From positions 62,001 through 126,000 of the forward strand of contig CBFDEM010000036.1 of assembly GCA_965603825.1 (NCBI GenBank): 64,000 nt of DNA, read 5' to 3'. Position numbers and translations under genes: made by a program. Positions 26,300 through 38,669 of this stretch are shown in pieces (within the stretch, counting starts at the first letter, position 1; the number at the start of each line of letters is the position of its first letter). Origin of the DNA: Blepharisma stoltei ATCC 30299. Lineage: Eukaryota; Protista; Ciliophora. The notes beneath the pieces were generated by a model. It saw only the letters and a list, made by a program, of their open reading frames with translations, had not been told where the DNA came from and ran no database searches.

Positions 26300-27760
26300 T
26301 ACCTATATGCCTGTTTGCCAAGAACAGTTTCTCCATCTTGAACTCTGATTGATTTGTTAAGTAATCCATAAAATATTCCATTGTTTTCTAAACTTTTCAA
26401 TTTCTCTCTCATGCTTTTTTTTTTACATTCTCTACAACACTTAAAAAACTCTGTTCATTAGTCTCAAAAAACAAGATTTCTGGTCTAAAGCCAGTTGTTT
26501 GTGCACTTTTTGCTCGTTATAATAAGTCATAAAGTAATCAATTGCTAGATCCAGGTTAAAATATTGATCCATTGGCAAACTATATTTTATAAAAGATTTT
26601 CTCAAGCTTGTCCGAATAGTTTTATTGGCTCTTTCAACGCAACCTTGGCTTTGAGGATGATATGGCCTACCATGGATTAATTGAATGTTGCTTGCTTTAT
26701 CAAGTTTTCAAATTCACCCTTAAACTCTGTTCCATTATCTGTTTAAATGATTTGCGGGGTTTTTTGCATGTCGTGATATATTTTTCTAGTTGTTGTGCTG
26801 TTGTAACTGCCTTTTTATTTGCTATTTTATAGAGTTTTATATACTTTGAAAACTGGTCAATAAAGCTTATTAAGTATTTGCTTTCAGTAGGTACAACTAG
26901 GGATTCTACAATTTGTTTTGGGATTTTTCATAGATCAACCTGAACTCTTTCAAGTGACATTGTTGAGATTATTAACTCTGGTGGTGTACTAAATACCTTG
27001 GCATGGGTAATCGAGCAACGGGATATGATGAGATTACTATTTTCGTGCCATTTCAAATAGATTCTCAATAAAATCCATTTTCTTCAATAAGCTTGGCAGT
27101 TTCTTCAACAGCCAAGTGCTGATTTAAGTAGTTATGAAAAATTTTTATAATATTATTCAGTTCTTCTTCGTATGGGATTCTCTTTAGGCTATTTTTCAAA
27201 TTATAAAAGAGGGACGATTGACTTAATTCACACACATTTGTTGGAATGTATTTATAGTTTTTATTAATTGATCTTTTTCATTCAAAGATCTTTCTCTTTT
27301 GGTTAGGAATATTTGGATCAGCCAATCGTTCTGGAATATAATGAGTATTGTTAAAGTATTTTAAGACTTCAGCGTATCTATTATCTGACATAGGCTTGCT
27401 TGTTTTTGGGTATTTAGGCATTTTTTCGATATTCAACTCTTGAGATAAGTTTTGGCTTATACTCCTATTTAAATCATTAGACAGAAGTACTTCTACTGCT
27501 TGGCTCTGATTTTGTGAATTTTGATCTTCCGACAACTTCTGAATGTTATTCAAGTGCAATTTGTCATTCTTTTCTTCACTGTCATCTTTCTTTATAATTG
27601 AACCTTCGATATTTATTGGTTGATTTATATCAGCTTTCCAGGATATTAGGCAAAGAGGACGCTCCCCAATTTCCTTCAACTTTATCCCAAACGAACTTGC
27701 CTGAAAGTTTAATAAGCTAAATCTAGATAAAGTGGACATATTGCTATATGCTGATGGCAT
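26300..27760 (-). mobile_element. Degenerate retroviral-type (rve) DDE integrase with H2C2 Zn domain; Ginger/GIN- or Polinton/Tlr-like
   Basis: Across four 1-nt frameshifts: H....H...T...I...FYW (W=TGA), ERVQVDL, ISFIDQFSKY, PQII*TDNGTEF (26722-26745), IHGRPYHPQSQGCVERANKTI (~26615-26680), YN...HKTTGFRP. No RT/RNaseH or TIRs seen. The 3' boundary is approximate. Confidence 0.85.
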
Positions 27761-27849
27761 TATGCCGATAGCAAAAGATTAACAGATGTTAAACAATTCA
27801 AATTATAGATTAGAGGCTTTAGCATAAGAGTATAAAATTAATATAAATT

Positions 27850-28135
27850 TGAAATTGTGATATTTGGAGATGCGAACAGACTATTGTTAGATTAATGATA
27901 GAATGTTCAAGATATCTAAAGATTATAGGTATTTGGGTATGGAAAAGATTAGAAATTCTGATCACGTGGAAGAAAAGGCAAAAAAGATGAAAGCGGAATT
28001 TGACTCACTCTTGAGTAGATATAGTGCTTAATCTGCAGTTGAAGAAGAAGCTAGTAATCTTGAAGGCGTGTGTCAACTCTGCATGAAATATCGTCTGAAG
28101 TCTGAGAGGAAAGCAGAAATGGGAAACTTTATTAA
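27850..28135 (+). mobile_element. Non-LTR retrotransposon RT (domain 7/thumb) fragment
   Basis: Translates INDRMFKISKDYRYLGMEK...HVEEKAKKMKA, carrying the Y.YLG motif of LINE RTs. Confidence 0.5.
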
Positions 28136-28282
28136 ATATCATCAGGATATCTCACACGAGCTGACTCTTTTTCTTTTACCTCAAGCCTGCCTCTTTATTC
28201 CATGACCCATCATTTCTTTTAGCTGCTTCTAGGTAAATTCGTCCACATTGTCATAATTTATTTATAGAAAGACAAAAATAAA

Positions 28283-30742
28283 ATGTCAAGCATAACAAAA
28301 GCTTGCTGTTCTTGCTGCCTCTTAGACGCAATCTTTATATCTGATTGTGGCCAGTTTAAAGCATGCCCAAAGCATTATTTTTCTTATAAAACTCAAGGGT
28401 ATAAGCTAAAACGAATAAAAATACCAATCAACGAAGAATCCAAAGAGATTTTATTCAATTTTATAGTCACGTTAAAGAATGAATTTAATGCCCGAAAAGA
28501 ATATTTAATTGAAGAAAGCATAAATAACGAGGATAATAAAAAATACAAGGAGAAACTAAAATGAGCAAATGAGGCTTTTCATGATTGCAGCATAATCGTC
28601 ATGCATCTGTTGAGGAAACAATTTATTTTAGCAAAAATTATTTTAAGTCCTTTTGAATATTTTTTAACTCAGCCAAAGGAAAAAGCACAGCAATACACAA
28701 AGCAGAATTGAAACCGGAATGATTTATTAGAATTTTGTCGATCATTTAAAGGACATGTGTTTGATTTCAATTATTTTAAATTTGAAAATCAAAAATTTAT
28801 TCACGGCTGGACTTATAAGTCTACTTACAATCAGCACGATCGCCTATCAGATTTCTTTGGTACAGTATTTTTGGATTTTATTAAAATATCTGAATATGAG
28901 ATGGCATATGAATTATATCGAAATCTCAAAAGTTATAAAGAATTTTATGATAGCTCTTCAATTCAAAAAATTGAGCGTACTATAGTTTTGTTTGGTAAAA
29001 TCCTCAAAAACAAGACTAAAAATAAAAAAATAGATTCTCAGCTCAATAAACAATGAAAGCAATTGCCGAAAACATTATCAATCAAAAATCCTCCTGATAA
29101 ATCAGCCAAAAATTTAGTTGAGAATTCGTCTGAAAATTTAGCATTTTTTGCATATTTAGCTTTGAATCAATTGCTTTTTATGATGTCTATAGATACTAAT
29201 GTTTCTGATTATTTCCTTCGAATTCTCATGTTTGTGCAAGAAAACTATTCTCAATATTATTCTAAACATGTTTCAAATAGAATTAACCAAGAGCTAGGAT
29301 TGCTCTATTATGGCGATAAAAACTATAGTGAAGCAATAGAATGTTTTAATAAATCGATTAAATATCATAAAAAGCGTCTCCAAAAAGACTCATGGCAGAA
29401 TAAGGCGGGAATCTGAGATGACTCCTTAGAATATTTAATTGAAGCCTATCTTTGTTTGGCAAAAGCATATTGTGCCCTAAAAAATAATAAAGAGATTATA
29501 GAAATTCTAAAACTAGTTGAAATTGAATGCTCAAGAACTAAAGATAAATTTCTTCCACATGCAACAATTGGAGAGATTTATTATCTTCTGAATGATTTTG
29601 ATCAAGCTTATAAAAAAATATGGAAATGCATTAAAATATCTAAAGAAAAAGAGTTTATAAATTCGTACGAATTATCAAATTTATTACTTTTATTAGCAGA
29701 TATTCACGTCTGAAGAGGTGATTTTAAAAAAGCGCACCAATCTCTTTATATTGCTGAATCTTTCTTCAGCATTTTACCTATAGCAGATCCAAGCGAGCAA
29801 GAAATTTATAAAGCATTTGGAGTATTCTATTTAAATAGACAGTGATATGATGATGCTCTAATATACTTTGAAAAAATAACAAATAGATGATCTAGTCATG
29901 AGCTGTTATTTGCTAAGTTTTCTATGGGAATTGCTTATTTTTGAAAGCTGGATTATCAAAAAGCATTGGAATTTTTAAATGAAGCAAAAGAAATGATGTC
30001 TGGTTTTACTGAAAGTTATAAAAATCAATTATTTATTGCTAATGCCTACATTGGAGAATTATGCCAGTTTGGAGGCGATTTAGAGAATGCAGATACATAC
30101 TTTAAGGAAGCTTTTGAACTTATAGATCACTATGATATTTTTAAAAATGATATTTATTTGAAATCCTCAAGCTTTGCTTTTAGCTATTTTTATAAAAAAT
30201 CTAGCTATGAAAAATGTGAAACTATTTTGCATAGAATAAATAAAATATTAGAAAATAACGCCCATCTTAAGTTTAGAATGCCTTTATATTTTATCCAATT
30301 GGTGGAACTGTTTATGGCTCGCAATCAAATGGAAAAAGCAGAAAAATCCTTGAGGGAAGCTGAAAATTTATTGAATGCAAACAAGATTTTATTTTCTGCT
30401 CAAAAAAACATAAAAATCAATGACCTAGACTGTATCAGTGACTATATTGAGCTTGCCCAAGTTTATATTAGTTTATTCGATGCTTTTGATAAGGCAGAAA
30501 AAATTTTAAAATACTCTGAAGAGGTTGTCAACGCCAAGAGACTCAATGATCGATTTTCAAAACTATCTATATATTACTGGCTTGGGGATCTATATTTTAA
30601 ACAGCAAAGATGGGAAGAATCAAGAAATTATAGTCAGTTATCATTAGATTTGCATAAAGAATTTAACCATAACTCAGACGCAGTGAGGGATCTTAATCAA
30701 AAATTAATTGCTATTGACGAAATATTGGAAATTTATGGGTAG
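28283..30742 (+). CDS. ZnF(B-box-like)-TPR family protein, subfamily A, intact (819 aa)
   Basis: Single frame with only TGA(Trp) interruptions, ending in TAG. Cys/His N-terminus, conserved FDFNYFKFE and EYEMAYEL blocks, TPR-like helical repeats. Confidence 0.88.
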
Positions 30743-31089
30743 AAGTCCAAATAAATATCCACTTGGATTAGCCGTAAAAATAATTCTACTTAAAATAATA
30801 AAATGTGCTGTAGATATCCTGAAAATTTATCAATTAATTCTTTCCTGATTTTTCTTATTAATTATATGATAAGGAAAAAATTATCGTTGAAGTTCGAATA
30901 AGAAACAATTTCAATATCATTTACGGAATAGATTTAGCAGCTCTTATATAGCATACAGATAACTAGAGTCAGTTAAAGTAGATAGAGAAAAAATCATGAA
31001 TTTATTCAAATTATTTCAAAAGTATTAATAGAACTTTTCACTAATTGTCTTCAGAAAATTGGCCAAATTATTAAGTTGAATAAAATATA

Positions 31090-31800
31090 AGCAGCTGGCA
31101 TTACTAAAGGATCCATAAAAATGCCTGAATAACTGTAGATAAATGAGATGAATGCTAGATACTCCAAGGAGTTGCAAATGAAACCTTATATATGGATATT
31201 GGATTTTTAAATTTAAATTGCTGAAGCATCGCCTGAAATCAGAGAAATGAGCTATATTGGGAAAACTTTATTTATTGAATGAGTAAGTGGCTTTCATGGG
31301 CTAGCACTTGTGCTAATTGGTCAAGTTCAGGAGATTAGAGTAAAATTGGAAGGAAGCTACAAATTTGATTGAGTCTAGGATCAGAAGGCAGGCATGGCAT
31401 CAGCATCGAGGAAGAATTGAAATGGATCTACAGACTAAGGACTAATTGTAACTTTAAATAAACAACAATCTAAAGGAGCACCAATAACTCTATAAGAAGC
31501 CAACAATCATATATATCTTTAGGTTGAGAGTTTTTCAATAATACGGCACACTCACAGACATTAAGACATTTAAATTGAAGTGGCAGATGAATGAATTGAG
31601 GAAAATGAAATCCATCTTATAAATGGCTGCTACTTGTATGACGAAGAAAGATTGGAGTCTTTAATGAAGAGGAAGAAATTATTGAAAGTAGATTTACGAT
31701 TCATTAAATTATGCTATATTAGCACAGATTTATTAGTTTAATGAAAGGCTATCATGAAAATATGTTGGTGGAAATGGACAATAATATTAAGGAGTTTATT
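31090..31800 (+). mobile_element. Non-LTR retrotransposon 3' relic (post-RT region, CCHC-like)
   Basis: GVANETLYMDIG and EENEIHLINGCYLYDEER are homologous to GNETVLGDLN and EDETHVIENCYIYENSR of the element at 37.4-38.2 kb. Confidence 0.65.
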
Positions 31801-32315
31801 TATCTGCTGATTAGTAAATAAGAAAGGAATTCTTTTCACTATAAATTCTTATCCCCCGAAAATCCAAATTGTCTGCTATTTCTAGCTTTTTTCTATTCAA
31901 TTCAAGGGTCTTTCCAATTTCCTTAATTTATCAATAAATTTGTAGATTCATACATTAAGGTAATTTTTACCTACCAAAACCTTGATCTTCTGTTCTAATG
32001 GAAGCCTTTCCCATCTTCTCCAGTTCCAGTTGAGTTATTGCTATAAAAATCATCAGAATAATATTTATTAGCGCTTATATAGCTATTAAAATCATCAGGA
32101 TATCTCACGAGCTGCTTCTTTTTTCTTTCCAAAATGTCAAATAATTCCATAGCCCGTCCTTTCTGATCCTGCGTAGCTCTGCCCATCACCAGGACAGATG
32201 CAAAAGGACTTAGCAGGCTGCATTTCTCTGCTTTTAGTAATTTATTCAACTGATTTTAGGTAAATTTGTCCACATTTCATAATTTATTTATAGAAAGTTA
32301 TAAAAATAATCAAGC

Positions 32316-35207
32316 ATGAATAGTGTTTGCTGCTCTCTTTGCTCTTTAGACGCAATCTTTATATCTGTTTGTAGCGAATTTGTATGCCCAAAGCATATAT
32401 TTATATCTGATTGTGGCAAAATTTTATGCCCAAAGCATAAGTCTAAAGGGGATGAACTAAAACGAATAAAAATCCCAATCAACGAAGAATCCAAAGCGAT
32501 GTTATGAAATTTTCTCTACACATTAAAGAAGAAAATTGAAGCCAGATTTGATGAACTCATAATAAATCAGAATAATGAAAAGGACAAGGAAGAACTAAGG
32601 TTAATGCATAAGGCTTTGCATGACTGCAATCTTTTCATGATGAATTTGCTGAAGAAGAAATTTGTTGAGGCGAAGCTCATTTTAAGTCCCTTTGATTATT
32701 TTTTAACTCAGCCAAAGGAAAAAACACAACAATACATAGAAAAGCTTAGAGACCGGAATGATTTATTAAGATTATATCGATCAGCTAAAACGCATTTATT
32801 TGATTTCAATTATTTTAAATTTGAAGATAAAAAGTTTATTCATGGCTGGGCTTATAAGTCCTCTTACAATCTGCACGATCATCTATTGGATTTCTGTATT
32901 ATAGTATTTTTGGATTTTATTAAAATAGAGGAATATGAGATGGCATACGAATTATATGAAAATTTAAAAAGTTATTTAGAATTTTATCAAAACTCTTCGG
33001 ATACAATTAGAGATATTTTAGCTTTATTTGGCGAAATTTTAAAACAAAAAATTATGCAAAAAAAAGATTATCCCCAGCTAGAAGAACAATATCTCCAGCT
33101 CGAAGAACAATGAAAACAAATATTAATCAAAAAGATTACTGATAATTTATCAAAAAAATTTGTTGATAATCAATATGAAAATATAAATCCTTTAGATTTT
33201 TTGGTATATTTATATCCTGATATAGTGCTTCATCTGATATCTAAAGACAGTAATATTTTTGATTATTACTCTCGTATCTCTGATACTGCAAAATTCTTTT
33301 CTCAATTTTATTCTGAAAATACTGAAAAGATAATTAAACAAAAGCTAGGTTTGGAAAAAGAGCGCCAGCAAAAAGATTCATTGGATATTAATGAGTTGGC
33401 CTGCTTTTTAGCCCTTAAAAATGATAAATGGGTTAAGAGAGGTCTAAAACTAGCTGAATCTAAAATAGTTAAACCATTTGGGCGTTTATTTAGTAAATTT
33501 TTTGGAAAAAAAAGTAAAAAAAAAGATTATTCTCAGCTCGAAGAATCAAAACAATTATTAATCCTAAATCCTGCTGATAATTTATCCAAAAAATCAGATG
33601 ATATAAATCCTATCGATTTGTTGAAATATTTATTTTCGAATATGACACCTATAGATCCTATAGATTGTTTGGTATATTTATTTTGTGATATAGTGCTTCA
33701 TATGATGTCTAAAGACTGTAATATTTCTGAATGTTACTCTCGTATCTCTCATATTGCAGAATGCTTTTCTCAATTTGACTCTAAATATATTGGAAATAGA
33801 ATTCACCAAGAGCTAGGATTGATCTATTATGGCAATAAAAACTATGGCGAAGCAATAGAACATTTTATGAAATCAATTGATTATCATAAAGAGCGCCTGG
33901 GAAAAGACTGATCGGACAATAAAGAGTTGGTCTGAGATGAATCCTTAAAATATTTAATTGAAGCCTATCGCTGAAAGGCAAAAGCACATAGTGCACTAAA
34001 ACAGAATAAAGAGATTAGAGAAATTCTAAAACTAGTTGAATCTAAATGTTCAGAAACTAAAGATAAACTTCTTTACGATGCAACGATTGGAGAGATTTAT
34101 TATTATCTCTATGATTTTGATAAAGCCTATAAAATAATATGAAAATGCATTAAAATATGTAAACAGAAAAAGTTTATAAACTCGTACGAATTATCAAATT
34201 TAAGATTTTTATTAGCAGATATTTATGTCTGAAGAGGTGATTTTAAAAAAGCACACGAATCTCTTTGTGAAGCTAAATCGTTCTACAGCATTTTACCTAT
34301 AGCAGATCCAAATGAGCAAGAAATTTATAAAACATTTGGAGTATTCTATTTAAATAGGCAGTGCTATGATGATGCTCTAATAAACTTTGGAAAAATAGCA
34401 AATAGATGACCTAGTCATGAGCTGTTATTTGCTAAGTTTTCTATGGGAATTGCTTATTTTTGAAAACTGGATTATCAAAATGCACGGGATTTTTTAAATG
34501 AAGCAAAAAGCATGATGTCTAGTTATACTGAAAGTAATAAAAATGAGCTATTTATTGCAAATGCATACCTTGGAGCATTATGCTATCTTCAAGGCAATTT
34601 AGAAGACGCTGATAACTACTTTTTTGAAGCATTTAAGCTTATTGATTACTATGATTTTTTAAATATTGATATGTTTCTAAAATCCCAAAGATTTGTCTTT
34701 AGTTATTTTTATACAAAATCTGATTACGAAAAATGTGAAACTATTTTGTTGAGATTTAATGAAATATTAGAAAATTACAATCATCTGAAATTTAGAATGC
34801 CTTTATATTTTATTCAACTAGCAGAGCTTTTTATAGCTTGAAATAAAAAGGAACAAGCAAAAGAGTGTTTGATTAAAGCTGAAAGGTTATTGAATATAGA
34901 CAAAATTGTATTATTTTCTAAAGCATCTATAAAAATCAATGACCTAGATTGTATAAGTGACTATATAGATATTGCCAAAATTTATATTTATTTATTTAAT
35001 ATTTCTGATGAAAGTCTTAGAAAGGCAGAAAAAATTTTAAAATACGCTGAAGAGGTTGTTAGCGAAAAGAGACGCAATGATCAATTTTCGAAACTAGATG
35101 TTTATATATTGCTTGGTGATCTATATTTTAAAACGCAAAGATATAAAAAGTCAAAACGTTATTTTAGCAAGGCATTAGATTTCCAGAAAAAATTAACCAT
35201 AACTTAA
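32316..35207 (+). CDS. ZnF-TPR family protein, subfamily A, with duplicated Zn-finger half and duplicated central segment; late frameshift (paralogous end at 35285)
   Basis: One frame through TGA codons. IFISVCSEFVCPKH/IFISDCGKILCPKH duplication, and the KKDY.QLEE...HL.SKD block is repeated. A 1-nt loss at ~35185 gives TAA 35205. Confidence 0.82.
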
Positions 35208-35588
35208 ATGCAGTGAGTTCTTAATCAATTATTATTTGAAATTGATGAAATATTGGTTAGAAAGGCTAGAATATATATCTTTTAATAATAAAAATAATTT
35301 TACCATATTTGCATCGAATAGCCCTAATATATAAGAATTATATGATTTTTCAATTTAATTTCTAATGATGAATAAAAATTTATATTAAAATTCGTTGTAA
35401 ATTCTATTTATAAAAGATCAGATTTTAATTTTATTTACAGAATAGATTTAGCTACAGATATAGCATGCAGTTGTCTAGATTGACATAAATTATTCACAGT
35501 GTAGATAGAGAAAAAATTTTAAATTTAGCTCTTGCATAGATTATTATTACTCATAATTTTAATTTTTAAAATAAATTTGCATATTAAA

Positions 35589-38200
35589 ATGCCTGAAAAG
35601 CCTTATAGTGGATTTGCAACAAGAAACCTCATGGCATCATATAATAATGGAGTGTGTAGCATTAGAGGGTGCCAAGCACGAGATTTTGCAACCCATGGAA
35701 GGACAAGACGACAGAGCTAGAGGGCGACAGGGATCAGCGTTCCGTAAATGAAGGTTGGAATCGCGGGATGGAGAATGAAACTGGTGCGAAATCTCAGCAG
35801 AAGAGCCTGCAAGTGGTGAAGGAAGAAATAGTGAGCAGCATCGCAGCCCATGCTCAGGGGAGACCTCAAAAAGTGTCGCTCTCTCCTAGAGAAGCAGCTA
35901 GAAGGGCTCCGAACGAATGAGATGGAAGCATTTCGATATGATCAACTTAAATGATCATCAAAAGATTCAACTCATGACCAAAGACACACTAGGCAGCCTA
36001 GGTAATGAGGCACAGAAAGACAAGAAGCTAATAAAGAACATTAAACTATACTTGGAACTAAACCTGCGAGAAAAATACGGTGATGCAATCGGTGCCTTCA
36101 GAGACCTTGGTGAGGATCTCATTGTTTACGTCAAAAGTGCAGAGGTTGCTGAAGACATTCTCAGAAATGAGTTATATGCTTCGGCATGCTATGCATAGTA
36201 ATAAAACCATTAATTGAGGAAGGTGTTATTGATCACAGATATTACAGGATAAAAGTAACCCTTGAGCATCATTTGACAGCTGAAGCGGCAATCAAATACT
36301 TGGAGACCATATGAAATGTCATAGAAGTTAGAATAGGAAGTGGAATTGTTGGGGATGATGGTGTACTGGTAGTATTTGTTAAATTTGAAAATGAGCAAGC
36401 TTTAAAGATATCACCGACAACTTGGTCATATTGGGATACAAGTGCATTATATCACATCCCTTGTTGTATGAATGCAAGGGGACACTGAGAGAATGGATGT
36501 GCTATTGTGAAGGCCTCGATAAACACGCAACTTACCCAAGATAAACAGGATGATTTCATTAAACCAGATCGAGACGCTATGTATCGCTGTGAAGTTAAAA
36601 TAGCTTCAGTGCATAGTCACGAGCCTAAAGATGACACTCAATCAACTAGCATTTAATTATCAGCGGAGAGGGGAAGCTGCGAAAACAGCAACAATATTTA
36701 GAGGGTGCAAGAACGTAACGACAGCTTTATTGCAGGGACTCAAGACAAATAAAGTAATGAATTTTGCTATTATAGAGAACAATCCTTCTGGAATATGCTC
36801 GGAACTGCCGAGAAGCAAGATCATTGATACTATAGAGGCCTTAATCAATTATGGAGAACCGGAAAAGGTGAATGGAGTTGAAATTCTGGTTGAAAATGAA
36901 ACGCCTAAGCTAAAGCAAACTCTCATCACGAACTTCGTAAAGTGCAACAGCGGGCTAAGGAGACACATCTCAGGATTGTTCACCTTAATATATGTGGATT
37001 ATATCAAAAAGTCATCGAATTGCAGAAGCTCTTGACAGGATGTAGTCGCCCTGTGTGAAACCCACTTTGACCAAGCCTGGAATGCTCCACCTATAAAGGG
37101 ATACAAGTGGTTTGGAATTAATGGTAGTAGGAATTTATATAAAAGAATGGATGGAAGCTGAAAGGGTGCATCTGGGAATGACTGAAGCTATTGGTGGCAG
37201 GGTCATTGTGGCTAGGCTGAAGGAAGCAGTGATACTTGAGGTATATGCTCCAGTCAACTGTGATAGTGTGGAAAGCAGGAATAAATTCTTTGAAGAGCTC
37301 ACACTTGTAGTTGTTGAAATGAAATTCACTCATGTCAGATTGTGCTATTGGGGGACATGAATGCACACATAGGTGGACATTTTTCGGAAAACACTAATGC
37401 AAATGGGATGATGCTTATGGACTTAATACATAGTAGTGGCATGCAATTGCTCCCTTCCATAGGAATGCGGGTAATGAAACAGTTCTTGGTGACCTAAATC
37501 TAATAAACATTGAGACAGAAATGGACAAGAGGCTACTGTCATTTAGAAATAGGCTTAAGCACAAGAATAATCCGCTTATCCAAAATCTTTTAAGAATAAA
37601 TGAAAAGCAGCTCCTACCGTGGAAATAAGATGCAGGGGAGTTTAAGAGAAATATGGGTTGGAGGATGGAGATATTGAAAATCACTGGTTTGAAATAATAA
37701 AGACATTTGAAGAGAATGGCAACTGAAAATGAAAAATGACTGAGGTGTACAGATATTTATCAGATTGTGAAGTTCGATACAAACTACCTATATATTTGCA
37801 GGGTGCTAGTGAAACAAGCAAGGCTGTCAGCATAATTTTGGGTTGAGATCTGGATCGAATTTCACTAATCATTGTAGGTTCATCCGGCATATAGCAGATA
37901 ACTCAGAGTGCAGATTTTATGGAGGACAAGTTGAGGACGAAACACACGTCATTGAAAATTGCTACATATATGAGAATAGCAGGGCGAAACTAATAAAAGA
38001 AATGGAAAAATTACTAAAGGAGGATTTTTATTTACTGAGTCTTACCGAAATAATTCTGTGTGGTTGAAGGTTTGACAAATTATGCGTTTGAAACATAGTG
38101 AACATATTTGGAAGAAATAAGGAAGTTTATTGGAAAAATTTTTAAAATTAGAAAATATTTGAAGGAAAAAGTTGGTCCAAATGCTGGACGAAAACCGTAA
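35589..38200 (+). mobile_element. Degenerate non-LTR (LINE-like) element: ORF1 (RRM + Zn knuckle), APE endonuclease, RT deleted, C-terminal CCHC
   Basis: VFVKFENE and C....GHW...C (36.2-36.5 kb); DVVALCETH, YAP, GDMNAH and NANG (37.0-37.4 kb). Direct jump at ~37440 to post-RT GNETVLGDL and CRF....EDETHVIENC. The 5' boundary is uncertain. Confidence 0.8.
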
Positions 38201-38669
38201 GAATAATAATATATCTGTTGATTAGTCAAAAAGAAAGGAATTCTTTTTACTATAAATTTTTATCCCTTGAAAATCCAATTCTCTTACTAAATTGTATGCT
38301 ATTTCTTGCTTCTTCCTATTCACTTCTCGGGTCTTTGGCAATTTCCTTAGTTATCCGAAATTTGAAGATTCATACGTTGAATTAGCTTATTGCTATAAAA
38401 ATCTTCAGGAATAATATTTATGAGTGCTTATATAGTGATTAAAATCATCAGGATATCTCACACGAGCTGTTTCTTTTTTCTTTTACCTCCAACATGTCTC
38501 CTAGTTCCATAAACCATCCTTTTTGATCCTGTGCAGCTCATCTAACACCAGGAAAAAGGACTCAGCCTACATTTCTCTGCTTTTAGTAATTTATTTAACT
38601 GCTTCTAGGTAAATTCGTCCACATTGTGATGATTTATTTATAGAAAGATATAAAAATAAAATATCAAGT

